This document shows positions 62,149 to 64,000 of a stretch of DNA of 64,000 nucleotides, piece after piece. Both the position numbers and the translations under genes were made by a program. Position 1 is the stretch's first letter. Each line of letters begins with the position of its first letter. Under the pieces are notes generated by a model. It did no database searches and was not told the DNA's origin. It saw only the letters and a program-made list of their open reading frames with translations. The stretch is from Methylotenera sp. (GTDB lineage: Bacteria > Pseudomonadota > Gammaproteobacteria > Burkholderiales > Methylophilaceae): NCBI GenBank assembly GCA_031538905.1, contig JAVKLV010000001.1:7737-71736 (forward strand), read 5' to 3'.

Positions 62149-63063
62149 TTACACTTTTCCTAATAACAAGTATTCCATTAAGGCTTTTTGAACATGCAGG
62201 CGGTTTTCAGCTTCATCCCACACCACACTCTGAGGTCCATCAATCACTTCTGCCGAGACTTCTTCGCCACGATGTGCGGGTAAGCAATGCATAAAAATGG
62301 CGTCTTTTTCGGCAACACGCATCATGTCACTGTCTACTTGCCAGTCAGCAAAATCGCGTAAACGCTCTTCATTTTCTGCTTCAAATCCCATGCTTGTCCA
62401 TACATCGGTAGTCACTAAATGCGCTGATTTTGCCGCATCCATTGGGTCTGTAAAAACCTCAAAGTGCTGATTGCCATATACATTGGCTCGCTCTGGTTCT
62501 ATTTCATAGCCGGGCGGCGTTGATACGTGGACATTAAAATCAAGTAATTCAGCGGCTTGTAACCATGTATTGCACATATTATTGCTATCACCAATCCAGG
62601 CAACTGTTTTGCCTTTAATTGAGCCTCGATGCTCAATATAAGTGAAAATATCAGCCAAAATTTGGCATGGATGATATTCGTTGGTGAGGCCGTTGATGAC
62701 TGGTACGCGTGAGTTTGCGGCAAAACGCTCAATAATGCTTTGTTCAAAAGTGCGAATCATCACAAGATCGCTCATGCGAGAAATGACTTGTGCAGCGTCT
62801 TCTACAGGTTCACCCCGACCTAGCTGCGAATCGCGCGTATTGAGATAAATTGCAGATCCACCCAATTGCTGAATGCCCGCTTCAAACGATAAGCGCGTAC
62901 GTGTGCTGGCTTTTTCAAAAATCATCACCAATGTGCGGTCTTGTAGCGGCCAGTATTGCTGATAGTCTTTAAATTGCCGCTTAATTAAGCGCGCGCGCTC
63001 GAATACATATTCAAGCTCATCTTGGCTTAAGTCTTTGAATTGTAAAAAATGTTTTATTGCCAT
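62149..63063 (-). CDS. argF: ornithine carbamoyltransferase
   Basis: 304 aa with STRTR (carbamoyl-phosphate site), HPCQ, DVWTSMG and HCLP motifs. Confidence 0.92.
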   Translation of the reverse strand: MAIKHFLQFKDLSQDELEYVFERARLIKRQFKDYQQYWPLQDRTLVMIFEKASTRTRLSFEAGIQQLGGSAIYLNTRDSQLGRGEPVEDAAQVISRMSDLVMIRTFEQSIIERFAANSRVPVINGLTNEYHPCQILADIFTYIEHRGSIKGKTVAWIGDSNNMCNTWLQAAELLDFNVHVSTPPGYEIEPERANVYGNQHFEVFTDPMDAAKSAHLVTTDVWTSMGFEAENEERLRDFADWQVDSDMMRVAEKDAIFMHCLPAHRGEEVSAEVIDGPQSVVWDEAENRLHVQKALMEYLLLGKV

Positions 63064-63106
63064 GATGTGTGCCGCTGTGGATTATGCTATTTTATTTTGT
63101 ATGATT

Positions 63107-64000
63107 TTAATGACTTAAAAAGCGCTTGATAAGCTTAGAGAGTCTTTCTACCAGCTCATGTGCTTCAGATTCATTCATCACCAAAGGCGGCAGTAAGCGG
63201 ATGACTTTTTCTGCCGTGACATTGATGAGCATTTTTTCTGCAAGCGCTAGTTTAACCAAGTCGCCACAAGGTCTATCTAGTTCAATGCCAATCATCATGC
63301 CTGCATTTCTAATCACAGTGACACCTTGAGTGCCTTGGAGTGCCTGATGAAAGCCTTGTTGAATTAAATGGCCGATTTTTTGAGCGTTTTCACGCAAGCC
63401 CTCTTGCTCAATAATGTTGAGCGTGGCAAGTCCTGCGGCGCTTGCTAATGGGTTTCCGCCAAAAGTTGAGCCATGTTTTCCGTATGTAAAAACTTCTGCA
63501 GCAGCTCCAGCCGCAAGGCAGGCCCCAATAGGCAAACCTGAGCCCAAGCCTTTTGCCAAGCTCATGACATCTGGTTCAATGGTGCTGTGCTGAAAGGCGA
63601 ACCAAGTGCCAGTGCGCGCAATGCCTGTTTGTACTTCATCTAGCATGAGTAACCACGATTTTTCATCACAAATAGCCCGTAATGCTTCTAAATAGCCACC
63701 TGCTTGTTTAGGGATGTTAATGCCGCCTTCGCCTTGCACCGGCTCTACCAAAATGGCCACTACGTTTGAGTTGCCCGAAGCGATTTTTTTGACCGCCTCA
63801 ATATCATCATAGGGCACCCGAACAAAACCACTCACAAGCGGCTCAAAGCCTGCTTGCACTTTACGATTGCCAGTAGCAGAAAGCGTTGCCATTGTGCGCC
63901 CATGAAATGATTTATCCATGACGATAATTTCTGGCGATAAAATGCCCTTGTTATGGCCGTAAAGGCGGGCGAGTTTAATGGCTGCTTCATTGGCCTCGCA
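63107..64000 (-). CDS. argD: acetylornithine (class-III) aminotransferase, 5'-truncated by window edge
   Basis: It has the class-III aminotransferase motifs LMLDEVQTGIARTG and SLAKGLGSGLPIG (PLP lysine). The reading frame stays open beyond the track's internal Met to position 64000 (…EANEAAIKLARLYGHNKG…). Confidence 0.88.
   Translation of the reverse strand, partial: CEANEAAIKLARLYGHNKGILSPEIIVMDKSFHGRTMATLSATGNRKVQAGFEPLVSGFVRVPYDDIEAVKKIASGNSNVVAILVEPVQGEGGINIPKQAGGYLEALRAICDEKSWLLMLDEVQTGIARTGTWFAFQHSTIEPDVMSLAKGLGSGLPIGACLAAGAAAEVFTYGKHGSTFGGNPLASAAGLATLNIIEQEGLRENAQKIGHLIQQGFHQALQGTQGVTVIRNAGMMIGIELDRPCGDLVKLALAEKMLINVTAEKVIRLLPPLVMNESEAHELVERLSKLIKRFLSH

Overview
This is a dense, almost entirely housekeeping chromosomal segment. 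I call 63 CDS, and by my own tally only about 3.9 kb (~6%) is intergenic. I found no rRNA, tRNA, CRISPR array, IS element, integrase or phage gene. The DNA is moderately AT-rich. Several gene orders are most consistent with a betaproteobacterium, possibly Nitrosomonadales/Methylophilaceae-like: dxr-rseP-bamA-skp-lpxD-fabZ-lpxA-lpxB-rnhB; glyQ-glyS-gmhB-plsC; miaB-ybeZ-(psiE)-ybeY-corC-lnt; bioB-F-H-C-D; rhodanese-grxC-secB-SH3-gpsA; trxB/ftsK-lolA-rarA-serS; efp-earP-greB; and argD-argF-argG. The taxon is an inference from gene order and EarP, not verified. The clearest candidate for an undescribed system is a tight three-gene minus-strand block at 11021-14241. It encodes a CHASE2 membrane sensor whose ~150-aa cytoplasmic tail carries none of the usual CHASE2 output motifs, a secreted SH3b protein, and a secreted M48 zinc protease. 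This block is preceded by an intergenic region containing six same-orientation TTGAG motifs. Other items worth a second look are listed here.
- A lipoprotein-anchored short catalase-family haem protein, preceded by a perfect 19-bp tandem repeat.
- A roughly 140-bp array of about nine T-run/A-run units with a period of about 16 bp. It starts inside the 3' end of ispF and runs to the start codon of an ABC exporter.
- A second array with a similar period (TTTTATCAAAGC units) on the other side of that exporter.
- psiE inserted into the conserved miaB-lnt operon.
- The EF-P(Arg32)/EarP pair.

All functional calls come from motifs I can read in the supplied translations. No database search was run.
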